Assembly: GCA_945861365.1 (NCBI GenBank)
Contig: CAMAUH010000001.1
Location: 1 to 47,241 of the forward strand
Direction of reading: 5' to 3'
Length of the DNA: 47,241 bases
DNA from: Candidatus Kuenenia stuttgartensis
Lineage (GTDB): Bacteria; Planctomycetota; UBA1135; UBA2386
The position numbers and the translations under genes are program-made. Under the pieces are notes generated by a model. It was not told the origin of the DNA, made no database searches, and saw nothing but the letters and a program-made list of their open reading frames with translations. This document shows, piece after piece, positions 1 to 7,699 of the stretch. The stretch's first letter is position 1; each line of letters opens with the position of its first letter.

Positions 1-501
1 GAACGACGTCAGCGCACCGACCAACGTGTGCATCGCGACGCCGGCCAGCAGCAGCGTGGCGACCGCGAAGCGGCCGTTCGCGCGGGCGAGCACGAACACG
101 GCGCCGGTCACCAGCGACGCTCCGGCGAGCGAACACAGCGGCACCAGCAGCACGCCGAGCGCCGCCAGCTTCAGCACGATCGCGAGCGCGCCGCCGAACG
201 CCGCGCCGGCGGCCGTGCCGACCAGGTCGGGCGAGGCGAGCGGATTGCGGAACGTCGCCTGCATCACCGCGCCAGCCAGCGCCAAGGCCGCACCGCCGAA
301 CGCCGCGACCAGCAAGCGCGGCAGGCGGATGTCGCCGAGCACGAACGCGTCGACGCGCGGCAACGGCTCGGCACCGCACCAGGTGCCGAGCCATCGCAGC
401 ACCGCGGCGAAGCCCGGCCCTTCCCGCGCGACCGCGAGGAAGAGCACCGCCAGCACCGCCAGCGCGAGCAGCAGCAACCACGGCAACGCGGCGCGCTTCA
501 C
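1..501 (-). CDS. FecCD-family ABC transporter permease (BtuC/FhuB/HmuU-like), N-terminal part; the gene runs off the left edge
   Basis: Not in the ORF track because there is no stop inside the window. My translation of the minus strand from GTG 501-499 reads VKRAALPWLLLLALAVLAVLFL...DIRLPRLLVAAFGGAALALAGAVMQATFRNPLASPDLVGTAAGAAFGGALAIV...LLLAGVAMHTLVGALTSF. The RLPR...LAGxxMQxxFRNPLAsPxxxG block is the hallmark N-terminus of FecCD permeases. GTGA start/stop overlap with the binding-protein gene. Confidence 0.8.
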   Translation of the reverse strand, partial: MKRAALPWLLLLALAVLAVLFLAVAREGPGFAAVLRWLGTWCGAEPLPRVDAFVLGDIRLPRLLVAAFGGAALALAGAVMQATFRNPLASPDLVGTAAGAAFGGALAIVLKLAALGVLLVPLCSLAGASLVTGAVFVLARANGRFAVATLLLAGVAMHTLVGALTSF

Positions 502-1376
502 GGCTTGCCCCATTGCAGCAGCTCTCGCTGCAGGAACTCGGCGGCCTCGACCAGCCGGTGGGACGTCGTGTTGAACAAGGCGCCCGGCGCCCGCACCACC
601 CGCCGCGCTTCGACACACGGCAACATCGGGATCACCGGATGCTGCCGGATCCACGCCGGCAGTTCGGCACCTTCGGCCTCGCTCGCGCTGACGACGAGGG
701 CGTCCGGTTGCCAGCCCAGCAGCGCTTCGACATCCAGCTTGCGGAACGGTCCGACCCCGCGTTCGACGGCCTCGCAGCGGGCGCCGGCGGCGGCCACCAG
801 CGCGGCGAACAACGAGCCCTTGCCGTAGGTGTGCAGGCCGCCATCGAGGTTCATGACCCGCCACGCCGCAACCTCGGGTGCGCGCACCTGCAGCGCCCGC
901 AAGCGCTCCTGCATCACGGCGACCAGCTGCTCAGCAGCGGGTTCGAGGTGGCAGAGCCGCCCGATGTGGCGCAGGTTCGCGGCGATGTCGTCGAAACTGC
1001 CCGGGTTGCCCGTGACGACCACCGGCACATCGGCCGCGGACAGCAGCGCCAGCGTCTCCGGCCGCGTGAACGCGTCGCAGATCACCAGATCCGGCCGCAC
1101 CGCGAGCAGCTGTTCGGGTTCGGCGCCAACGGCCGGCAGGCCCTTCGCTGCGTCGACGACCAGCGAGTAGCGCGGGTCGGCAGCGAGCACGTGCACCCCG
1201 GCGATGCGTTCGCGCGGCGCGATCGCCAGCAACACCTCGGTCGCCAGCACCGAGGCCGCGACGATCCGCTGCGGGGGACTGGTCGGCCGCCAACCAGCTT
1301 CGCGCCACGGCTGCTTCGCATCGCACGCCGTGAACAGGAACGCGGCGGTCAGGGTCAGCGGCAGGAGCGAGGGCAC
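498..1376 (-). CDS. ABC transporter periplasmic substrate-binding lipoprotein, BtuF/FhuD/HmuT (cluster A) type
   Basis: ORF 498..1469. The likely start is GTG 1376, 7 nt after the upstream stop. It gives the lipoprotein signal VPSLLPLTLTAAFLFTAC (lipobox LFTAC). The body (RIVAASVLATEVLLAI, PDLVICDAF, VPVVV, LLGWQPDALVV) fits iron-siderophore/heme/cobalamin binding proteins. A FecCD permease follows. Confidence 0.75.
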   Translation of the reverse strand: MPSLLPLTLTAAFLFTACDAKQPWREAGWRPTSPPQRIVAASVLATEVLLAIAPRERIAGVHVLAADPRYSLVVDAAKGLPAVGAEPEQLLAVRPDLVICDAFTRPETLALLSAADVPVVVTGNPGSFDDIAANLRHIGRLCHLEPAAEQLVAVMQERLRALQVRAPEVAAWRVMNLDGGLHTYGKGSLFAALVAAAGARCEAVERGVGPFRKLDVEALLGWQPDALVVSASEAEGAELPAWIRQHPVIPMLPCVEARRVVRAPGALFNTTSHRLVEAAEFLQRELLQWGKP

Positions 1377-1383
1377 GTCCGCA

Positions 1384-2637
1384 TCATCGGCCCTCGGGTT
1401 TCTGCGGCAACGGGAAGGACGGTCCCTGTTCCGCATCCTTGGCGCCCTTCTGTTCGGACCACGGCGCATCGAGCAGTGCTACCGGACCGATCGTCTCGAC
1501 AACATCGCCCTTGGCACGGCGCACGGTCAGCGTCACGGCATCGCCGCCGAGCTTGCCGTTCACCAGCATCTGCAGGTGTGGCCCATTGCGCACCGCGATG
1601 CCATCGACCGCGGTGATGACGTCGCCGGCGAGCAGGCCGGCCTTCGCCGCAGCACCGGTCTCGTTGGTCTGGCCGAGCCTGGCGCCAGGGCCGAGGAACT
1701 TCGCATCGAGCTTCACGCCGAGCCAGCCGCGCTGCAGCACCTGGCCCTGCCGCATGCGCGCGAGCAACGGCTCGATGTCCGCGATCGTCGCCGCGAAGCC
1801 GATGCCCGAGTCGTACCACTCGACGCCGGCGTTGCGCCCCGACGGCGACAGCGGCACCGCGATGCCGAGCACGCGACCCTGCACGTCGACGACCGGGCCA
1901 CCGTAGTTCGCCGGCGACGTGTAGGCATCAACCTGCAGCGCGCGACCGAACAGCCGCTGCTTCGCGCTGACGATGCCGAGATGCAGCGTCGGTTCGTCCG
2001 CCGCGAACGTGCGTCCGAGCGCCATCGCCCACTGGCCCACCTGCACCTGGTCCGGATGCACGAACTCCGGCACCGGCAGCCCCATCGCGGCGATCTTGAC
2101 CAGCGCGATGCCGCGGCTGGTGTCCTCACCGGCGCGCTCGGCGCGGAACGTGCCGCGGCCGGGCACCGTGACCAGCACCGTCGTCGGATCCAGGTTCATC
2201 GCGAAGCGCGACACGACGATCCACCCGTCGCTGGTCAGCACGACGCCGGTGGTGCGACCGAGCGCCTGCTTGAAGCCCTCGGCGACCAGCGGCTTCTTCT
2301 TCCGTTCGGCTTCCTTGGGGTCCGCCGGCTCCTTCGGGCCGTCGGGATCGCTGTGGTCGGGCTCCGGTTCGGGCGGGCCGTCCGGCTTCGGCTCGACCTT
2401 CGGCTTCGGTGGCTCCTTCGGCGGCGGCGGCACGTCGCCGTCGAAGTCGCCATCGGTGCCGCTGACCCGCCGCGTGCCGCCGAACGTCTCGATCGTCACC
2501 GTGAACGTCGCCGCCTTGGCGAGCGCCTGTTGCACGATCGGCTCCAGCCGCAGGAACTCGTCGGCATCAACGCCGCGCTGCGCCGCCGCCGTCGCCGCCA
2601 GCACACTCGCCGCCAGCATCGCGTGGAACGTGTTCAC
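1384..2637 (-). CDS. HtrA/DegP-like trypsin-fold + PDZ protein with all three catalytic residues replaced (predicted pseudoprotease)
   Basis: ORF 1384..3102. Start taken at GTG 2637 (GTGA overlap with the upstream stop); ATG 2619 is an alternative. Contains a signal peptide, a Pro/Lys/Glu linker (PPPPKEPPKPKVEPKPDGPPEPEPD) and a PDZ domain (GWLGVKLD...AGLLAGDVITAVDG). Triad positions: GWIVVSRFAM (His->Phe), SRGIALVKI (Asp->Gly), ANYGGPVVD (Ser->Tyr). Confidence 0.8.
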   Translation of the reverse strand: MNTFHAMLAASVLAATAAAQRGVDADEFLRLEPIVQQALAKAATFTVTIETFGGTRRVSGTDGDFDGDVPPPPKEPPKPKVEPKPDGPPEPEPDHSDPDGPKEPADPKEAERKKKPLVAEGFKQALGRTTGVVLTSDGWIVVSRFAMNLDPTTVLVTVPGRGTFRAERAGEDTSRGIALVKIAAMGLPVPEFVHPDQVQVGQWAMALGRTFAADEPTLHLGIVSAKQRLFGRALQVDAYTSPANYGGPVVDVQGRVLGIAVPLSPSGRNAGVEWYDSGIGFAATIADIEPLLARMRQGQVLQRGWLGVKLDAKFLGPGARLGQTNETGAAAKAGLLAGDVITAVDGIAVRNGPHLQMLVNGKLGGDAVTLTVRRAKGDVVETIGPVALLDAPWSEQKGAKDAEQGPSFPLPQKPEGR

Positions 2638-3686
2638 TTGGGCTCCTTGCCGAGTTCGACCTCGCCGGTCAGCACCTGCGTGCCACGCTTCCAGGTGACC
2701 TTGACCTTCTGCCCCGGCGCGAACTTGCCGAGGATCTCGCGGTACTCGCGGCAGGTGCGCGTCGAGAAGTCGTCGAGGCGCACGATCATGTCGTCGACGC
2801 GCAGGCCGAGCGTCGCGGCAGGCGAACCGGCGACCACGCGCTCGATGTACGCCGGCGGCGACTGCCGACCCGCCTTGTCGAACAGCACCGCGCCGAACCA
2901 CGCCGGCTCCTTCACCACGGTGACTTCTTCGCGCCGCTTGCCGTGGATGACCTCGTCGAGGTACGGCAGCAGATCGCGCGCGGGGATCGCCGCCGACAGC
3001 ATCGTGTTGGTCTCCTTGCTGTCGAGCAGCCGCATGTTGAGGCCGATCCAGCGACCATCCAGCGTGAACAGCCCGCCGCCGTACTGGCCGGGGTTGTTGC
3101 ACGCATCGGTCAGGATCAGGTCGCCGTCGTACTTGACGTCGCTCATGCGGTAGCGCAACGCGGTGTTGGCGCGGCCGACGACGACGCCGAACGTGGCGCT
3201 GACCTTCTCGGAGAACTCAGCGAGGCGGAAGCAGTTGCCGAGCGACACCACGAACTGCCCGCTGCGGAACGCGCCGGCATCGCCGATCGCTGGCCACAGC
3301 GGGCGCAGTTCGCACTGCACGAGCTTCGGGTCGATCTTCAGCAGCCGGATGCCGAGCGTCTGGTCCGGCGGCAGCAGCTCCGCCGGGTGCACCGAACCGT
3401 CGTAGAGCACGACGCGCGTGCGATCCTTCTGCAGCAGGATCTGGTCGAGCGTCAGCACGTGGCCCTCCTTGCTGACCAGCACGCCGCTGGCGTAGGCGTC
3501 GATCGTCGCCAGGCCCGATGCGCCGTGGATCTTCACGAGGCTCGGCAGCAGCGCGTCGATCGTGCGCTCGACGGCGGTCGAAGGCGCCCGTTCGGCGAAC
3601 GAGTAGGCCTTGCCGAAGTCCTGCGTCCGTGCGGCGAGCGGCAGCGCCAGCAGCGCGGCGACGGACAGTCCATGGAACGCGCGCAT
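2634..3686 (-). CDS. HtrA/DegP-like trypsin-fold + PDZ protein with all three catalytic residues replaced (predicted pseudoprotease)
   Basis: ORF 2634..4190. Start ATG 3686 gives the signal peptide MRAFHGLSVAALLALPLAARTQ (TGATG junction with the upstream stop). PDZ domain: AYIERVVAGSPAATLGLRVDDMIVRLDD. Triad positions: GHVLTLDQIL (His->Gln), TLGIRLLKI (Asp->Gly), NPGQYGGGLF (Ser->Tyr). Confidence 0.8.
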   Translation of the reverse strand: MRAFHGLSVAALLALPLAARTQDFGKAYSFAERAPSTAVERTIDALLPSLVKIHGASGLATIDAYASGVLVSKEGHVLTLDQILLQKDRTRVVLYDGSVHPAELLPPDQTLGIRLLKIDPKLVQCELRPLWPAIGDAGAFRSGQFVVSLGNCFRLAEFSEKVSATFGVVVGRANTALRYRMSDVKYDGDLILTDACNNPGQYGGGLFTLDGRWIGLNMRLLDSKETNTMLSAAIPARDLLPYLDEVIHGKRREEVTVVKEPAWFGAVLFDKAGRQSPPAYIERVVAGSPAATLGLRVDDMIVRLDDFSTRTCREYREILGKFAPGQKVKVTWKRGTQVLTGEVELGKEPK

Positions 3687-5401
3687 CAGCCTTCCCTCCG
3701 GAACCACGCTTCGTCGACGTCGGTGACCTTGCGCGGCGCGCAGGTCCAGCCGGTTTCCAGCTTGCCGTCGACGACGACGCGCACGCGTTCGCCGCGCAAG
3801 TGCCACTCGACCTTCGCCTTGCGCACCGGATCGCGGAACCGGCAACCCGCGGGCGAGCCATCGCGGAAGAACCACGCTTCGCATTCGCCGTCGCCGGGAA
3901 GCTCGAAGCGCAGCGCCGGCGCGCCCTGCACGTGCAGGCCGCCGAGCAGCAGCGCAGGCTCGAGGCGGGCCGGCGCGGCGCTGAGCGACCACAGCAGCGG
4001 GTTGGCGGTGAACTCGCGGCGCAGCCGTTCGGCCTCGTCCGCCGTCAGCTCGCGCACCTTGCCACCCTCGCGCGCGAAGCCGCGGCCTTCGCCTTCGCGC
4101 ACCAGCACCAGTTCGCCGAGATCGAGCCGCAGCCGTTCGCCGTGGGCGATCGCGCCGATGACCGTGCCGTCGGGTGCGGTGCGATGCCACTGCAAGGCGC
4201 CAGGCGGCTCGGTGCTCGCCGGCCAGCGCGCGCGCAGTGCGGCCGTCGCGATGCGACGCTCGGCGCGGCTCGCCAGACGCGCGTCCGTGCCATCGCGGCT
4301 CGAGCCGGTGTCCAACCGCGACAGCTGCAGCGTCACGCGCCGTTCGTCACCGAACTGGCCTTCGCCGCGCAGCGGCTTGTGCCACAGCGTGACCCACGCG
4401 CCAGCTGGCAGCACGCCGACCATCGTCGCCAGCTGGTTCGCCGAGCGCACCTCGACGCCATCGAAGCGCGTGATCTCGTCACCGAGCCCGACGCCGACCA
4501 GCGCCGACACCGAATCCTTGAACAGTTGCTGCACGAACACGCCGCGACGCTGTTCGCCTTCGGCCTTCGAGCCCATGAACCACGCGCTGAGGTCGAGCGT
4601 GCCGTGTTCGGCGTGGCGACCCGCGATCAGGTCGGCGAGGAAGTTGTTGATCTGGTTGCTGGCGATCGCGAAGCCGACGCCGACGTTGACGCGCCCGCGG
4701 TCGCCGATCGAGATGCGGCCGTTGATGCCGACCACCTCGCCCGCCTCGTTGAACAACGGGCCACCGCTGTTGCCGGGGTTCACCGCCGCATCGACCTGGA
4801 TGCAGTCGGGGTAGACCAACATGCGCTGGCCGCCGCCTTCCTGGTACCGGTGCGTGCCCGACACGATGCCGAACGTCACCGTCGGTGTGAAATCGGTCGC
4901 GAGCAGGAACGGGTTGCCCATCGCGAACACGGTCTGGCCGACCAGCAGCTGGTCGCTGTCGCCGAGCTCCCGGAACGGCCACGTCTGGCCTTCGCGCTTC
5001 GGCAGCATGCGCAGCACCGCGAGGTCGCTGCCGGGATCGACGCCGAGCACCACCGCCTCGTACAGCTCACCGTCGGGCAGGCCGATCTTCTTGTTGCGCC
5101 AGTGTTCGGCGCCGCTGGCCTTGTTCTCGCGCCGCCAGACCTCGAGCTCGGCCGCCGGCAGCTCGGGCTCGCTCGGCGTGTAGCCCTCGTCGGGACCGCC
5201 GACGACGTGGAAGTTCGTCAGCACGTAGCCGCGCGGATCGAAGACCACGCCGCTGCCGCCGCCGGGCGCGTCCATCGACATCACCGAGCAGACGGCGGGC
5301 GCGCAGGCAGCGACGACCGCGACGCGCCGGGCCTCGCTCGCCTGCACCGCAGCGAGCGGGTCCTGCATGCCGCACGAAGCGAGCAGAAGGGCGAGCATCA
5401 T
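3686..5401 (-). CDS. S1C serine protease (HtrA/DegP/DegQ family) lipoprotein, intact catalytic triad, PDZ plus unknown C-terminal extension
   Basis: ORF 3686..5464. ATG 5401 gives the lipoprotein signal MMLALLLASCG. The triad is intact: GYVLTNFHVV (His), GSDLAVLRM (Asp), NPGNSGGPLF (Ser). A PDZ-like region (GLGDEITRFDGVEVRSANQL) is followed by roughly 230 aa with no motif I recognise. Confidence 0.88.
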   Translation of the reverse strand: MMLALLLASCGMQDPLAAVQASEARRVAVVAACAPAVCSVMSMDAPGGGSGVVFDPRGYVLTNFHVVGGPDEGYTPSEPELPAAELEVWRRENKASGAEHWRNKKIGLPDGELYEAVVLGVDPGSDLAVLRMLPKREGQTWPFRELGDSDQLLVGQTVFAMGNPFLLATDFTPTVTFGIVSGTHRYQEGGGQRMLVYPDCIQVDAAVNPGNSGGPLFNEAGEVVGINGRISIGDRGRVNVGVGFAIASNQINNFLADLIAGRHAEHGTLDLSAWFMGSKAEGEQRRGVFVQQLFKDSVSALVGVGLGDEITRFDGVEVRSANQLATMVGVLPAGAWVTLWHKPLRGEGQFGDERRVTLQLSRLDTGSSRDGTDARLASRAERRIATAALRARWPASTEPPGALQWHRTAPDGTVIGAIAHGERLRLDLGELVLVREGEGRGFAREGGKVRELTADEAERLRREFTANPLLWSLSAAPARLEPALLLGGLHVQGAPALRFELPGDGECEAWFFRDGSPAGCRFRDPVRKAKVEWHLRGERVRVVVDGKLETGWTCAPRKVTDVDEAWFRREG

Positions 5402-5429
5402 GGGGAAGGTGGGCCAAGAGGCCCGGGGA

Positions 5430-6650
5430 TCACTGCTGCAGCACGCGCGCGTCGGCGAACGCACAGTGGTCGCCGAGGTCGTAGTTCTTGCCGAAGTCCG
5501 CTTCGATCGCGAGCGACTTCGCCTTCTTCAGATCGACGCGCACGGCCTGCGCCGCTTCACCGCGCGTCATCGGTGCCGACTCGAACGCGACCGCGCCGTC
5601 GACCAGCACGCGGAACACCGCGTGCGCTTCGGGCCCACCGCGGTCGTCGATGCCGATCATCGCTTCGAAGCGATCGAAGCGGCCGCCGAGGTCGTAGGTC
5701 AGGCGGGTGCGCGGCACCATGCCGATGCCGCGCGAGAACGTGCGGCCGGCGAGCTGGAAGCCACTGCCGCCGAGCGAGCGACCGTTGGTCCAAGGCCACG
5801 TGCGATCGAACGCCGGCGTCTGCTGCGCTTGCGGCTGCAGGTCCTGCAGCCACGCGAGGCGATCGCTGGCGACCGTCACGCGCAGCAGCTTGGCGGCCTG
5901 CACGGTGAGCTCGACACCTTCGTCGAGGCGCAGGCGCGCGCTGCCGCCGTCGAGGCCGAGCAGCTTGCCTTCGAACTGTTCGCCGGTGGTCAGCTCGAGC
6001 CGGGTGCGTGGCTTCTGCTGGCGATCGGGCGCCACGCCGGTGTTGTCGCCGAACACGATCGCGGCGACGCCGCCGAGTTCGAACTCGTACGCATCGCCGC
6101 GCAGCAGGAAGTCGACCGTGTCGGTGCCGACCGAAGTCACCGCCACCGCCGAACGCTGCGCCTTGCCGTCCTTGACGACGTACAGCAGGTCCTCGTTGGC
6201 GGCCGGCTTCTTCAGGTCTGCGGCGAACAGGGTCGGCTCGGGGCGCCCGTCGCCGCCTTGCCGCAGCGCGCGCAGCGTCGCGATCGGCAACTCGAACGTG
6301 ATGCCACTCGGCAGTTCGAGCGCGACGCGGGCCGGTTTGCCGGCCGCGACGGCGACGCCGGCGATGCGCGTGCAGGCGAACTCGCCGCCCGAACGCAACC
6401 ACACCCGATGCGGTGCCGTCACCAACACGGCGGCCGCACCCGCCGGCTCGAACCCGGCGATCTCGGCCAGCGCGAGCGCGGTCTCGCCTTGCGAACCACC
6501 GACCTTCGCGTTGCCTTCGGCATCGACCGTCAGCGTGCCCGCGAGGGAGCGGCCATCGATCGTGCTGGTGATGCCAGCGAGGCCTTGGGCAGGAGCGCCG
6601 ACCGCGAGGGCCAGCGCGAGTACCAGCGAGCGACTACGTGCGCGGCTCAC
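5430..6650 (-). CDS. Secreted protein with repeated beta-rich modules and a C-terminal NPCBM-type domain
   Basis: GTG start at 6650 (GTGA overlap with the upstream stop). Signal peptide MSRARSRSLVLALALAVGAPAQG. C-terminus: FSRGIGMVPRTRLTYDLGGRFDRFEAMIGIDD...VFRVLVDG...LAIEADFGKNYDLGDHCAFADARV, which is typical of NPCBM/NEW2 modules. No glycoside hydrolase catalytic domain is attached. Confidence 0.7.
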   Translation of the reverse strand: MSRARSRSLVLALALAVGAPAQGLAGITSTIDGRSLAGTLTVDAEGNAKVGGSQGETALALAEIAGFEPAGAAAVLVTAPHRVWLRSGGEFACTRIAGVAVAAGKPARVALELPSGITFELPIATLRALRQGGDGRPEPTLFAADLKKPAANEDLLYVVKDGKAQRSAVAVTSVGTDTVDFLLRGDAYEFELGGVAAIVFGDNTGVAPDRQQKPRTRLELTTGEQFEGKLLGLDGGSARLRLDEGVELTVQAAKLLRVTVASDRLAWLQDLQPQAQQTPAFDRTWPWTNGRSLGGSGFQLAGRTFSRGIGMVPRTRLTYDLGGRFDRFEAMIGIDDRGGPEAHAVFRVLVDGAVAFESAPMTRGEAAQAVRVDLKKAKSLAIEADFGKNYDLGDHCAFADARVLQQ

Positions 6651-7699
6651 TTCTCGCCCGCCGCCTTCGTCAGCTTCTTGTAGTAGCCCTCGAGCATCTT
6701 CTGGTACTGCGGCGGCAGGCCCTTCTGCACCTGCGCTTCGATCTTCTCGCGCTCGGCGTCCTTCATCTGGCCCCAGCGATCGACCAGCGAAGGCCGCTTG
6801 TTCAGGTTGCCGACGGTGCCTTCGCCTTCCGGCAGCGCGCTGTTGCTGGCCGGGTTGCTCGATGGGCCGTTGCCCGAGGGCGGCCCGGACGACTGCGCTT
6901 CCTTCTTCTGGTACTCCTCGATCAGCATGTCGAGTTCGGTCAGGTACTTCTCCTGATCGACCTGCACCGGCTTGTCGGTCTTCTGGCGGCGCAGGTCGCG
7001 CCGGGTCTTCTGCATGCCGTTGGCGAGGTCGTGCAGCTTGCTCTCCTGCTGCATCGCGATCTCGCCCTGCCGCTGGCTCGCCGCACTGCGGAAGCGCTCA
7101 CTGGCGTCGGGGAAGTGCGCGAGGAAGCCCTTGAACCACTCGGTGGCGAGTTCCGGCTCCGGGATGTCCGCCAGCGCCTGCGCGTAGAAGAACGCGGCTT
7201 CGCCGTCGAGCGGCGACAGGTTGATGTTCTTGCCGAAGTACTCGGCCAGCGTGCGCGCGGCGAGGTCAGGGTCGTCGCTGTCGAGGAACAGCCGCGCCAG
7301 GTGGTAGCGCACGTGCGCTTGCAGCAGCGACGACTCGGTCGCGGCGAGCACCTTCGTCAGTTCGATGGCGGCGCCCGGATCGCTCGCTTCGTGCAGCTTC
7401 ACCGCCGCGTCGAAGGCCGGGTTCAGCGAACGCACGAGGTCGTCGGCGGCGCGCGCCATGCCGAGTTCGGTCGCCTTGGTGCCGAACGCCTGCAGCTGCG
7501 CCGGCGTGGCGCCGAGCTGCTGCGCCGCGGCTTCGAACTTCGCGCGATCGAACGGCAGGAACTCCACGCCGCGCGATTGGCTCGCGGCGGGAGCTGCCGG
7601 TGCGGGTGCAGGCTCTTGCGGCTTCGGGGCCGCGGCCTGCGCGCCGAGCTGCAGTGCGCCGATCGCACCGAGCAGCAGCGCGAGGGTGGCGTGCTTCAT
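6647..7699 (-). CDS. Secreted helical/TPR-like protein with a K/E/Q-rich C-terminal half; function unknown
   Basis: ORF 6647..7948. ATG 7699 (ATGA overlap) gives the signal peptide MKHATLALLLGAIGALQLGAQA. TPR-like helices (AHVRYHLARLFLDSDDPDLAARTLAEYF; AAFFYAQALADIPEPELATEWFKGFLAHFP). The tail ends GLPPQYQKMLEGYYKKL. Confidence 0.6.
   Translation of the reverse strand: MKHATLALLLGAIGALQLGAQAAAPKPQEPAPAPAAPAASQSRGVEFLPFDRAKFEAAAQQLGATPAQLQAFGTKATELGMARAADDLVRSLNPAFDAAVKLHEASDPGAAIELTKVLAATESSLLQAHVRYHLARLFLDSDDPDLAARTLAEYFGKNINLSPLDGEAAFFYAQALADIPEPELATEWFKGFLAHFPDASERFRSAASQRQGEIAMQQESKLHDLANGMQKTRRDLRRQKTDKPVQVDQEKYLTELDMLIEEYQKKEAQSSGPPSGNGPSSNPASNSALPEGEGTVGNLNKRPSLVDRWGQMKDAEREKIEAQVQKGLPPQYQKMLEGYYKKLTKAAGEK

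Noticed and set aside
1377-1383. A cobalamin riboswitch or Fur box upstream of the BtuF-like gene.
   Set aside because: Only 7 nt separate it from the preceding stop codon, which leaves no room for either element.
1204-3153. Long plus-strand ORF (649 aa) antisense to the dead-HtrA genes. The same applies to 3518..5908, 5367..7134, 7600..9828, 10250..11848, 12046..14640, 14375..16954, 16116..17768 and 18829..21696.
   Set aside because: The products are Arg/Ala/Gly/His-rich low-complexity strings with no motif. The opposite strand encodes recognisable domains with signal peptides and coupled start/stop junctions. Open antisense frames are expected at about 70% GC.
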